Positions 36,105-48,012 of a stretch of 64,000 nucleotides of DNA are shown here, piece by piece; positions within the stretch are counted from its first letter, which is position 1; every line of letters starts with the position of its first letter. The translations under genes were made by a program, and so were the position numbers. Source of the stretch: Rhynchopus sp. YZ270_cl-10 (lineage: Eukaryota). The notes beneath the pieces were generated by a model. The model was not told where the DNA came from. It was given only the letters and a program-made list of their open reading frames with translations, and made no database searches. The stretch spans positions 1,612,001 to 1,676,000 of the forward strand of contig OZ037846.1 of assembly GCA_964035575.1 (NCBI GenBank). The letters are read 5' to 3'.

Positions 36105-37299
36105 GGGGAGGGTCACTGTACTCGATAAATGCGATTTTTCCGATTTTGATCCTCAGAACCGCAGAAGTCCCCGAAAACTATACCAAACCACCTAGGGGAC
36201 CCAAAAAACGCACCAGCGCCCCAGTTTTGACACAGAAATACTCAGATGATGCCTGAAATGCAATTTTAAAAAAATGCCTACAGAACTTGTACCTGCCCAC
36301 CCCCGTAGATAGAGCAAATCACACATTCATCACGCCTCAGTGTGGGCCAGGGGCCAGAAAAGCCCCCAAAGCCACATATTTTCACCCCAGAACCTATCCC
36401 GAGGGGTACCCAGGCTGTTTCGGGGTGTTTAGAGGGACTTGGTGGAACTTAGAACTATGTTTCAAAAAGTGTCACGCACCTGGTACCAAGGGTTTTCCCA
36501 CCCTAAGGTATCTGAAGCCGTCAAAAAACGTGAAGTAGGCAATAAATCAAAAAATACCCCCTGAGGTCAAAAAAACCACACCATAGGCCCATTTGGACCC
36601 CAAAAATCGAATTCCGCCCGGTTTTGGGCACTTTTGACCACTTCTGAGCGACTTTTTTGCATTTTTTAAAAGTGACCACCAACTTGTACCTTGCCCACCC
36701 CCCCTGTAGATAGAGCAACTCACGCATCCATCACGCCTCAGTGTGGGCCAGGGGCCAGAAAAGCCCCCAAAGCCACATATTTTCACCCCAGAACCTATCC
36801 CGAGGGGTACCCAGGCTGTTTCGGGGTGTTTAGAGGGACTTGGTGGAACTTAGAACCATGTTTCAAAAAGGGTACAAGTACTTGGTCCCTTGAGAGGGCA
36901 AACCCTTGGCACAGTACTTGTACCCTTTTTGAAACATGGTTCTAAGTTCCACCAAGTCCCTCTAAACACCCCGAAACAGCCTGGGTACCCCTCGGGATAG
37001 GTTCTGGGGTGAAAATATGTGGCTTTGGGGACTTTTCTGGCCCCTGGCCCACACTGAGGCGTGATGGATGCGTGAGTTGCTCTATCTACGGGGGTGGGCA
37101 GGTACAAGTTCTGTAGGCACTCTTTTAAAATTGCATTTCAGGCATCATCTGAGTGTTTCTGTGTCAAAACTGGGTCGCTGGTGCGTTTTTTGGGTCCCCT
37201 AGGTGGTTTGGTATAGTTTTCGGGGACTTCTGCGGTTCTGAGGATCAAAATCGGAAAAATCGCATTTATCGAGAGATTTAACGTGCAGTGACCCTCCCC
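36105..37299. mobile_element. Foldback element, TIR GGGGAGGGTCACTG
   Basis: TA|GGGGAGGGTCACTG ... CAGTGACCCTCCCC|TA, with several-hundred-bp inverted arms and an internal ~200-bp hairpin centred near 36895. Confidence 0.8.
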
Positions 37300-37410
37300 T
37301 AGGGGGGGGGGGGGAAGGGTCAATATTACAAACCCGGATTTTGAGGAAAATTTTGGCCAAAAAATGGGCCCCACGCATAAGCAACCGGGCTCATATTTCT
37401 CAAAATTTAA

Positions 37411-37780
37411 CCTATTAGCCACCACCTTTACATATATGTAAAGGTTAATCAGCACCAGCCTCCCAGGCATTAAAAATTCGTCAAAAGTGGAAAAAAAAAT
37501 TGTTTCAATGGATTCCGGGAGGTCGAAATGTGTGATTCCCCTATTTTTTTTTGATTTTTTCCGCCACCCACAACACGCAAACCAAGGAAAATGCGTGAAA
37601 CAGGGGGGGACGGTCACAGCCTAACAAATGCGATTTTTTCGATTTTGATTCTCAGAACCGCAGAAGTCCCCGAAGACCATACCAAACCACCTAGAGGACC
37701 CAAAAAATGCACCAAACACTCAGATGATTCCAAAGCAAAAAACGGGGAAAAAACCACCACCCCCCTTGGTGGCTAATAGG
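37411..37780. mobile_element. piggyBac-like MITE
   Basis: TTAA|CCTATTAGCCACCA ... TGGTGGCTAATAGG|GTAA. The empty site CAAAATTTAAGTGGTC is in the sister copy at about 11620-11635. Confidence 0.75.
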
Positions 37781-38574
37781 GTAAGTGGTCAAAAAATTGC
37801 CCAATTTTCGAGATTGACCCCACCACTGCACGGGCGGAGCCCAAAAATGCAAATAAGGACCCTTTTTAATTTGTTCTCTTGAAATGTGTAATTTCAAGTT
37901 TTCTAGAAAAAAATGACAACTGATCCTACAAGGGTTGAAGGAAGGTGTGTTGAAAACAACAACAATAATGAAACAACGAATTGCTAAGAAAAAAAACGAG
38001 GTGTGCTGTGGGAAACTCCGCGCGATTTTCGAAACCAACATAGCAGCCTGGCGCTTTGCTGGGTGGTGCTGATGCGCATGGTGTGATCGACGACAATTAG
38101 TCGTCTGTGTTCCTTGCGCACTCCTCCTCCGACGACGATGATGTGGACGACAACGAACTGGAACACGCCGAGCCCGCCTCTGCATCCATCGAGCAAATGG
38201 TGTGGACGAAGAGGGGTCTGAGGATGACAGCCCCCGTTCTTGAACGTTTCAAGTGCAGGCGTCCCAGTGGTTGTGGCAGCGTTTTCGCATACCTGCAGAA
38301 GAGCAGAGAGTGTAGATTATTTCTACAGGGCGGTGTTCAGGAGTGTGGGGCCCCCATAACCACTGCACACCCCGTTTTTTTTCTGATAGCAATTACTTGT
38401 TCTCACTTCACATACTCTGGACAGTGGTCTTTTTTTTTTGTTCTCTGAATTCCACTAATGTGTGTCTTGTACACTCCAAAGACTCAAGAAGAGTTGAGTC
38501 CGAATGACTCGTTGTCGTGCACCTCAATTTGGAGAGAAAAAACACACCACCCACCAGAATACTAAATAAAAACC

Positions 38575-40242
38575 ATGTCGAAGCGACACGTGGATGTGGA
38601 CACTACATTGGACGAGAACCCACCAAAGAGAAGAAAGCTTTCTGCAGACGAGGTCTTGGTGGAGGCTGCCAAGAAGGGGGACACGACTGCTGTGCGGACG
38701 CGACTTGAGAAGCTCAGCCCAGACACAGACAACAAAACAGTGGTCTTGGATGCTGTGCACGAGGCATGCAGAGGGAACCACGATGAATGCCTCGCACTGC
38801 TCCTTCCGTATGTTGAGACAACGCAGATGGGGTTTGGGAACTTGCTGAGTGAGTGCGTGCACGCAGACCACGTTGCGTGCACGGAGGTCCTCTTGCAGCA
38901 TTGGAAGTCAGTCTGCAGCAACGTGGCGATGGTCCCACACGGGCAGGAGGATACAGAAGGGCGTGCCTGTCCAGCCATGTGGGCAGACCCTGCAGTGTGT
39001 CAGGTGCTCATTGATGCAGGGGCAGACATCGGAATAGAGGATCACATGGGAAATTCGCCTCTGCTCTTGGCTTCCGCTTCAGGAGCACTCGACGTTGTGA
39101 AGCTGCTGATGAAATCAGGTGCGGGGGTGCGTGTCACAGGCAACGAAGGAAACAAATGTCTCACGTGTGCGTCATACCATGGGCACACCGAGACTGTGCG
39201 CTATCTTGTCGGCTTGAAGGATGTGGACGTGAATCACCAGATTGATGACGGCCACACTGCGTTGCACTGCGCAGCGCAGGAAAAGCATGCAGATGTGGTG
39301 AAGGTGCTCATTGATGCAGGGGCTGATATTGAGGGAAAGAACGACGAAGGACGCTCGCCACTCCTCGTGGCAAGTGATGCTGCGAATGTCGAGATTGTGA
39401 AGCTGTTGGTGAAAGCAGGTGCGGGGGTGCGTGTCACAGACAACGAAGAAAACACGTGTCTTGTCCTTGCGGCCTATTCTGGACACACTGAGACTGTGCG
39501 CTATCTTGTGGGCTTGCCTGAAGTGGACGTGAGTCACAAGGATAACAAAGGCTTCACTTCGTTGTACTGCGCAGCGTGTGAAAAGCATGCAGCTGTGGTG
39601 GAGGTGCTCATTGATGCAGGGGCAGACATCGAAACAAAGAATTACCTGGGACGTTCGCTCCAGCACGAGGCTTGCATTTTAGGAGCACTTTCAGTTGTTA
39701 GGCTGTTGGTGAAAGCAGGTGCGGGGGTGGGTGTCACAGACAACCAGGGCTCCACGTGTCTTTACCTTGCGGCCTATCATGGACACACCGAGACTGTGCG
39801 CTATCTTCTGTGCCTGCCAGAGATGGACGTGAATGACTCAAATAACAGTGGCTCCACTTCACTGCACCGCGCAGTGTTACGGAAGCACTCAGATGTGGTG
39901 AAGGTGCTCATTGACGCTGGGGCAGACGTCGAAGCAAAGGACAGCAAGGGACGTACGCCTCTTCACTGTGCTTGTACGGTGGAATATCCTGAAAATGTGC
40001 AGATGTTGGTCGAAGCAGGTGCGGATGTGTGTGAGGTGGATGACAAGAGTGACAGATGCCTCAGCGTTGCGGCTCGTCATGGACACACCGAGACTGTGCG
40101 CTATCTTGTGGGCTTGCCAGAGGTGGACGTGAACCACAGAAATTTGTTGGGCCACACTGCATTGGACTGTGCGAGGAAGAAACAACATGCAGATGTGGTG
40201 CAGGTTCTCCTCGAGCACCGTGGGGAAGTCTTTGCGCAATAA
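38575..40242 (+). CDS. Ankyrin-repeat protein (555 aa) with N-terminal PPKRRK NLS-like motif
   Basis: Repeated G.SPL..A...G...VVKLL.KAGA and GHTETVRYLV motifs; intact ORF. Confidence 0.92.
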   Translation: MSKRHVDVDTTLDENPPKRRKLSADEVLVEAAKKGDTTAVRTRLEKLSPDTDNKTVVLDAVHEACRGNHDECLALLLPYVETTQMGFGNLLSECVHADHVACTEVLLQHWKSVCSNVAMVPHGQEDTEGRACPAMWADPAVCQVLIDAGADIGIEDHMGNSPLLLASASGALDVVKLLMKSGAGVRVTGNEGNKCLTCASYHGHTETVRYLVGLKDVDVNHQIDDGHTALHCAAQEKHADVVKVLIDAGADIEGKNDEGRSPLLVASDAANVEIVKLLVKAGAGVRVTDNEENTCLVLAAYSGHTETVRYLVGLPEVDVSHKDNKGFTSLYCAACEKHAAVVEVLIDAGADIETKNYLGRSLQHEACILGALSVVRLLVKAGAGVGVTDNQGSTCLYLAAYHGHTETVRYLLCLPEMDVNDSNNSGSTSLHRAVLRKHSDVVKVLIDAGADVEAKDSKGRTPLHCACTVEYPENVQMLVEAGADVCEVDDKSDRCLSVAARHGHTETVRYLVGLPEVDVNHRNLLGHTALDCARKKQHADVVQVLLEHRGEVFAQ

Positions 40243-41321
40243 GGTATATTGTGCGTGTCTGTTTTCGGCAACTGAACTAAACACTCCCACTGAGGTTATG
40301 CCTTGTGGGATCGGCATTGCGAGAAGTGCATCGACAGACTTTGAGAGAGGACATTTATTGCTATTTGCGTTGGGGGGGAAAGCGACAACACAAGAACATG
40401 ATGAACACAAAAATACAGTGTGTTTGGTCTTTTATCTGCGTGACCCCTCCCTCTCTGTCTTGCGCTCCGTTACTTTATTTATGTGTGACTGAGTGTGGGT
40501 ATGCGTTCAAGAATTATATTCTTCCCCCCAAACCCCCTTTCGTCTCTGTTTTTCTTTTTCCAAACGTCGAGTGCATGTCTAATAGTTTTTCTCGAGGTGT
40601 GATCTGGGGCTGAGGAAGCGTTCCAACTCTTGAACTTCTTCACCAATTTCCCAGACGCAATTATTTCCCCCGTTTTTAGAATCAGCAGAGACTGTACTGT
40701 CAAGATTTCTTCTAGTCCTTATGTGCCTTCTCTTTGAATTGGAAAGAATAATGAAATTAGTTTCGAATTTGTCAAGTTTTTTTTGGGGAATAGATCTACC
40801 CCTTATGATGATGTGTGTTCATAGTCTGCAAGGAGGCAAAGGGCACAAGGCTGCGCCACACAAGAGATACGTGGCGTGGCGTCAGTAGAGCTACATGCAG
40901 TATGAAGGAGGCCGTAAGTCAATACGCGATCTCCCCGCAACCAACCCTACCTAGCTCTATCCTTATCCCCCACCCCGTCAAAAAAACACCTAAAAAAAGA
41001 CGAAACAAACATGCCGCGTGCGCGAAGCGAAGTGACCTGCAGCATAGTAAGCTCTCCACTCACCCCTCTGAGTCTTTACATCCTTCCACACGAACCCCAT
41101 CCCCACTGAGTATTTTTGTGTGTTTTTTTTCCGGTTTTTCTCACTTCGTTGCTCTCAAGTACTCTGGACAGTGGTCTTATGACATTGTTCTCTGAATTCG
41201 ACTAATGTGTGTCTTGTACACTCCAAAGACTCAAGAAGGGTTGAGTCCGAATGACTCCTTGTCGTGCACCTCAATTTGGAGAGAAAAAACACACCACCCA
41301 CCAGCATACTAAATAAAAACC

Positions 41322-43286
41322 ATGTCGAAGCGACACGTGGATGTGGACACTACATTGGACGAGAACCCACCAAAGAGAAGAAAGCTTTCTGCAGACGAGG
41401 TCTTGGTGGAGGCTGCCAAGAAGGGGGACACGACTGCTGTGCGGACGCGACTTGAGAAGCTCAGCCCAGACACAGACAACAAAACAGCGGTCTTGGATGC
41501 TGTGCACGAGGCATGCAGAGGGAACCACGATGAATGCCTCGCACTGCTCCTTCCGTATGTTGAGACAACGCAGATGGGGTTCGGGAACTTGCTGAGTGAG
41601 TGCGTGCACGCAGACCACGTTGCGTGCACGGAGGTCCTCTTGCAGCATTGGAAGTCAGTCTGCAGCAACGTGGCGATGGTCCCACACGGGCAGGAGGATA
41701 CAGAAGGGCGTGCCTGTCCAGCCATGTGGGCAGACCCTGCAGTGTGTCAGGTGCTCATTGATGCAGGGGCAGACATCGAAACAAAGGACGACATGGGACG
41801 TTCGCCTCTGCACTGGGCTTGCCGTTCAGGAGCACTTGCGGTTGTGAAGCTGTTGGTGAAAGCAGGTGCGGGGGTGCGTGTCACAGACAATAACGGAAAC
41901 ACATGTCTCACGTGTGCGTCATACCATGGGCACACCGAGACTGTGCGCTATCTTGTGGGTTTGAAGGAGGTGGACGTGAACCACAAATCTGACGACTGCT
42001 CCGCGTTGGTCTCTGCAGTATGTAAAAAGCATGCAGATGTGGTGAAGGTGCTCATTGATGCAGGGGCTGATATTGAGGAAAAGGACGCCGACGGACGTTC
42101 GCCACTCCTCGTGGCAAGTGATGCTGCGAATGTCGAGATTGTGAAGCTGTTGGTGAAAGCAGGTGCAGGAGTGCGTGCCACAGACAACGAAGGAATCACA
42201 TGTCTTATCATTGCGGCTTATTGTGGGCACACCGAGACTGTGCGCTATCTTGTGGGCTTGCCAGAGGTGGACCTGAGTCACAAGGATAGTGACGGCTGCA
42301 ATGCGTTGCTCTCCGCAGCGCAGGAAAAGCATGCAGCTGTGGTGGAGGTGCTCATTGATGCAGGGGCAGACATCGAAACAAAGGACTACATGGGACGTTC
42401 GCCTCTGCACTGTGCTTGCCGTTTCGGAGCACTTTCAGTAGTGAAGCTGTTGGTGAAAGCAGGTGCGGGGGTGCGTGTAACGGACAACGACGGATACACG
42501 TGTCTTATGTATGCATCAGAGCATGGACACACCGACACTGTGCGCTATCTTGTGAGCTTGCCTGAAGTGGACCTGAATGACTCAGATAACAAAGGCTGCA
42601 CTTCACTGTACCGTGCAGTGTTAAGGATGCACTCAGATGTGGTGGAGGTGCTCATTGACGCTGGGGCAGACGTCGAAGCAAAGGATGACGACGGACGTTC
42701 TCCTCTTCACGTGGGTTGCCATTCAGGAGCACTTTCGGTTGTGAAGCTGTTAGTGAAAGCAGGTGCGGGGGTGCGTGTCACAGACAACGCGGGATACACG
42801 TGTCTTATCTTTGCGGCCAATTCTGGGTACACCGATACTGTGCGCTATCTTGTGAGCTTGCCGGAGGTGGACCTGAATCACAAGAATATTGACAGCTACG
42901 CTGCGTTGCACTGCGCAGCGGATGAAAAGCATGCAGATGTGGTGGAGGTGCTCATTGAAGCAGGGGCTGATATCGAAATAAAGAATGACGACGGACGTCC
43001 GCCTCTTAACGAGGCATGCCTTTCAGGAGCACTTGATGTCGTGAAGCTGTTGGTGAAAGCAGGTGCAGGGGTGCGCGTCAGAGACAACCAGGGATACACG
43101 TGTCTTATGTATGCATCCTTTGAGGGACACACCGAGACTGTGCGCTATCTTGTGGGCTTGCCAGAGGTGGACGTGAACCACAGAAATTTGTTGGGCCACA
43201 CTGCACTGGACCATGCGAGGGTGAAACAACATGCAGATGTGGTGCAGGTTCTCCTCGAGCACCGTGGGGAAGTCTTTGCGCAATAA
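41322..43286 (+). CDS. Ankyrin-repeat protein (654 aa), tandem paralogue
   Basis: N- and C-termini are near-identical to 38575-40242, with one extra three-ankyrin module. Confidence 0.92.
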   Translation: MSKRHVDVDTTLDENPPKRRKLSADEVLVEAAKKGDTTAVRTRLEKLSPDTDNKTAVLDAVHEACRGNHDECLALLLPYVETTQMGFGNLLSECVHADHVACTEVLLQHWKSVCSNVAMVPHGQEDTEGRACPAMWADPAVCQVLIDAGADIETKDDMGRSPLHWACRSGALAVVKLLVKAGAGVRVTDNNGNTCLTCASYHGHTETVRYLVGLKEVDVNHKSDDCSALVSAVCKKHADVVKVLIDAGADIEEKDADGRSPLLVASDAANVEIVKLLVKAGAGVRATDNEGITCLIIAAYCGHTETVRYLVGLPEVDLSHKDSDGCNALLSAAQEKHAAVVEVLIDAGADIETKDYMGRSPLHCACRFGALSVVKLLVKAGAGVRVTDNDGYTCLMYASEHGHTDTVRYLVSLPEVDLNDSDNKGCTSLYRAVLRMHSDVVEVLIDAGADVEAKDDDGRSPLHVGCHSGALSVVKLLVKAGAGVRVTDNAGYTCLIFAANSGYTDTVRYLVSLPEVDLNHKNIDSYAALHCAADEKHADVVEVLIEAGADIEIKNDDGRPPLNEACLSGALDVVKLLVKAGAGVRVRDNQGYTCLMYASFEGHTETVRYLVGLPEVDVNHRNLLGHTALDHARVKQHADVVQVLLEHRGEVFAQ

Positions 43287-44583
43287 GGTATATTGTGCCT
43301 GTCTGCTCTGGTACGGCACACCACTCACGTCACAACCTCCATCCCAGAAACAGCGACACTTTTTCAACGTTCCGCACCACACGTATGTTCTCTCTCTGAT
43401 AGATGTCCCTTGAGATAAGACACTTAATCGTTATTTGGGTTGTTCGTTGGGGAAAGGAGAACATGGGAAACGCAAAAATACCCGCTTGTTTTATCTTTTA
43501 TCTGGGACCATATGCATGCCACCACAGCACGGTGCCATGCGTCGCGTCTACACAAAGGGGCAGGGAAAGGGTGTCGAGGATGTTGTGCCTCGACGATGCT
43601 GCTCTTTGTGGACCTTATGTCTGCTACGTAAGGCAGCACCAGGTTATTGTGGTGTGTGTGGCAGGGTTGCGTGCTTGCTGTCTTCCTGAATTGCAAGTCG
43701 ACTATTACGCCTTCAGTCCCAATGGTGCAGGTAACCTCAGTGTTTTGTGCAGACTTGCGAGATGCCGGCAGCAGTGCGCCATTGATCTGTCTGCGCTTTT
43801 TATTGTAAAGTTTTTATTCCACCACGTTTTTTTTTTTTCGCATTTTGTGGGGCTGAAAACACAAAGTAAAAACATGATTATGTGGGTTGGGTAAAAAGGT
43901 GCTTTCACGTGTTTTTGTTAAGTAAGAGAAAACCGAATGGAGTGGAAAACATACTGAGAGCGCAGCGGAAACGAGTGGGAATGCAACAAATCTTTTTCAT
44001 GATATTTTATTCTTCCCCACAAAATATCACGCGCAAGAGAAACACTCGTTTTTTTTTTTTTCACACAGCGCGTCCGTTTGTTTGTTATTTTTTTTTAGGA
44101 TACCTTTTTTCAATTTCCCCCCGGTATCGCTTATGATACTGTCTTTCCATGGAAAAGGAGTTCCGCGCTGTTCACAGAACTCGATATGCGATTGAGCGTA
44201 TCTAACAACAACCAAAACGAAAGAAAGTACAACGAAGAGAAGAAATGCAGGAAAAATAGACAAAAGAGAAAAACAAAGATATTTTGACGAAGGGACAATA
44301 CAACGATTTTTCAAAGTGGCCAAAAATCATGTTTAATACTGCTTCCCACCCCGCATGGCCTGCCACGTCATTCTAACACCATGTGCAAAAACGGAAGGCA
44401 CCGCTTATTGCCAAAAATAACAAAATAGTACAAAATATTACATTGGACTCTTGTTCGCCAGGACAGGTGTTTGTTACAGGATTATCGTTGCTGGCCACCT
44501 TCATTGAGACGTATGCTCTTTTTATTGTACAGTATTCCACTACACAGGTTGGGGGTATTAGGGAGGTTGTGGGGGCGGTTTTA

Positions 44584-47500
44584 ATGCTACTGAGTGTGGC
44601 TGTGGCATGTACCTGTTACGCTGCGCTGACACCGTGCACTGCCAGCGCGTCGGAGTGCCTCTACCAGCTGACGCTCACAGACCTCCAGAGGTGTGTCGGG
44701 TTCTCTCCTGACGGTGTGTACGTTGCCGCCGGTGGGATGGACCACTTGGTGACTGTGTTCAGCACTGTGGACGGGACGGTGGTCACACAGCTTACCCTGA
44801 CTGCTGATGTGTTTGCGTTGGAGTTTTCGCCAGACGGCACGATGCTGGCTGCAGGAGGTGCTGGGGACACGGTGCATGTGTACGACACAGCGACGTGGGT
44901 TGCCCTCCGCTCATTCGTGCTGTCGGACCAGGTGTGTGGCCTCTCCTTTGCGGGCGACAGCAGACGACTCGCGGTTGCGTGCAAGAGTGGTGTTGTTGCT
45001 GTGTACGATGCAACAGCAGGCGGTGCCGCTGTGCTCACGTTCATCGGACACATCGACGACGTGAGGGACGTTGCGTTCTCGCCGGACGGAACGCAGGTCA
45101 TCAGCGGTGGGAAGGAGAACAAGGCGATTGTGTGGGCAGCAGCCACAGGTGTCGTTGCCTTCTCTGTGTCGTGTGCGACAGAAGTTAATGGTGTCGACTG
45201 GTCAGGTGGCCTCCTCGCGACGGGCAACCATGACGGCTCATCCACTCTGTGGGATGCAGCCACCGGCGCGTCTCTGTACACCTTTGTGACTACAAACGAG
45301 ATTGAGGCCGTCGCGTTCTCACCCTCAGGTGCGCAGCTCGCTAGTGTCGGCAAGGACCACACACTCTTCCTGCTGAACACAGCGACGTACGCAGGGGAGG
45401 GTGCATACTCGGGGCACACAGGCCATATCAAGGCTGTCGCATACTCGCATGACGGCACACGTATTGCCACAGCCGCTGACGACAGCACAGTGCGTGTGTG
45501 GGAGGGGATCGCAGCAACACCTGCACCACCAACTCCGTCACCACCAACGCCTGCACCACCGACACCAGCACCCCCAACACCTTCACCACCGACACCTGCA
45601 CCTCCAACACCTGCACCCCCAACACCTTCACCACCGACACCTTCACCTCCAACACCTGCACCACCGACACCTGCACCGCCAACACCTGCACCCCCAACAC
45701 CTTCACCACCGACACCTTCACCTCCAACACCTGCACCACCGACACCGTCACCACCGACACCTGCACCTCCAACACCTGCACCCCCAACACCTTCACCACC
45801 GACACCTTCACCTCCAACACCTGCACCACCGACACCTGCACCGCCAACACCTGCACCCCCAACACCTGCACCACCGACACCTGCGCCTCCGACACCAGCT
45901 CCACCAACACCTGCACCACCGACGCCGTCACCACCGACACCTGCACCACTGACACCAGCACCCCCAACACCTTCACCACCGACACCTGCACCGCCAACAC
46001 CTGCACCACCAACGCCAGCTCCACCGACACCGTCACCACCGACACCAGCACCACCAACACCTGCACCACATACACCCTCTCCGACTACACCTGCACCCCC
46101 AACACCTGCACCTCCGACACCTGCACCACCGACAAAAGCACCTCGTACACCTTCTCCACCCACACGTGCGCCACGTACACCTTCATCAGCATCTTTGCCA
46201 CTCACACCAGCTCCACCAACACCTGCACCTCCGACAAAAGCACCTCGTACACCTTCTCCACCCACACGTGCACCACATACACCCTCTCCGACTACACCTG
46301 CACCACTCACACCCTCACCCGTGACAGCATCCCCAGCAACGTTGTCACCGCTCACACCAGCTCCCCTCACAACAGCACCATTAACGCCTTCTCCTCCGAC
46401 GCCGTCACCACTGACACTGGCACCACCAACTCCAGCGCCGCTTTCACCAGCACCACTCACACCCATGCCTGCAACGTTGTCTCCGACATTGACGCCGTTG
46501 ACTCTGTCACCCTTGACACTGTCTCCACCTACAGCTTCACCGCCATCACCTGCACCTATGTCACAATCACCGTTGACGGAAGCGACACTGTCGCCATTGA
46601 CACCTGTGCCACGTACGCTTGCACCCGCACCACCCACAGCACTGCCAGCAACACCGTCGCCACGCACACCTGCACCACACACAGAAGTGCCTGGAACACA
46701 AGCACCACTCGTGACAGCAGAGTTGCCCGCGTCTGCAGCACCTGAGGGTGTAGACGCAGCAGCAGAAGCAGCAGCAGCGGAAGAAGAAGGTGGCAGAGGT
46801 CAGCTTGCTGCAGCCGCAGTGGCGGCTAGTGCGACAACTCTGTTCAGCAATAGCGCCGCAGGCCTTGCAGGCAGCCTGCTCATCACAACAGAGGAGTGCA
46901 AGATCTACGGAGACACGAAACACTACCCACGCGCACTGCACCCAACACAGCTCAAGATTGCCGGCCTGGAGGCGGCCGGGATGGTGGTGGGGAACCTTGC
47001 CCTGGCTCTAACCTTCTTCGCGGGACATGCAGTGGTGTGTGAGGTTGCGCGTCTGGTGCAGCGTGGTGCCAAGACGTATTACAAAGGACGAGAGGAGCCG
47101 TCTGTCCTTTCCCTGCTTTCCCTTGACTCGCAGGCACTCCTGAGCTTCCCTGGACTGCCGGCCATGCTCTTCTTTATCCTCTTCCAGGGGTCGTCTGTCG
47201 GAAGCCTGCAGCTGCTGTACAGCGGACCCACCTGGGGCATGCGCATGCTCGGTGCCTTCGCAATCGTAGTGTGTGTGTCGGTGCCGGTGGCAACCTTCAC
47301 CTGTGTTCTGGTGAAGGCACCCGTGCACTCGACAGTGGTGAAGGACCCCCGCACTGCAGGCTTCGGGAAGTGGAAGCGCCGTGTGCTGCACTTTGTGATT
47401 GGCGAAGGCGAGTGGGTGTCCCTCTCGCCTGTGATGTGGACGCTGCGATACTCTGCCGTGATCCGCTCCTACCGCCTTGGCTGTCTCTGGTACCACTTCC

Positions 47501-48012
47501 TGCAGTACGCATCGATGTTCGCTGTCGCTGCGATCCAGGCCTTCACCCCCACAAGCTAGACGTAGAAGACAATAGTCGGCAGTGTCGGCAGTGCGGGTAG
47601 TGGACGAGGGACACGCCGCAGGACATCAGTTGTGTCGCTTGACGCAATGAGCCGTGCATCCTCAGAGGGGAACTTTGAGTGGGCGCTGGCCTAGGGTTGG
47701 GGTCAACTGGGGAAAGCTTTCTGTGTTTTGTGCACTCGGTACTCGGTACCCCTTTGCACGTTCCAGTGCGTGGCGCTGATCTTCATGGCTACAGGGTACT
47801 ACAGGGAGAAGCCGCAGGACCTGCTGTTCCAGGGTGCAACGGTGCTGCTGGTCCTGGGCATTGTGTGGTGCATCTTGGTGAAGATGTTTCTGTCTCTTGT
47901 GTCCGAACTCTATGTGTTCTGCACAGGCAGACGTTCATACCTGCAGGGGATTGCGAGGCACCTGCTGAAGGACACTGACTGGAGAGCCTTGTTGCGTCCG
48001 ACGAGGCACTGA
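44584..48012 (+). pseudogene. Signal peptide + 7xWD40 + Pro/Thr stalk + multi-TM protein, disrupted copy
   Basis: Paralogue of 49609-53184. A stop at 47557-47559 marks where ~200 nt of other sequence replaces ~125 nt; homology resumes at about 47760 (FQCVALIFM...). Confidence 0.75.

Larger units (their letters stand above)
27948..38399 (+). mobile_element. TSD-less repeat element, copy 3, split by ~9.3 kb of nested transposons
   Basis: Left end TCAACTTACC...ATCGATGT(G10) at 27948-28030; right part AAGGGTCAA...GCAATTACTTG at 37315-38399. The empty site CCGGTTTTTCTCAC is at 41131-41144 in the paralogous region. Confidence 0.8.

Noticed and set aside
47561..47766. GT-AG intron rescuing the first WD40 gene
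   Set aside because: The TAG stop precedes the GT, and about 42 codons present in the paralogue would still be missing.
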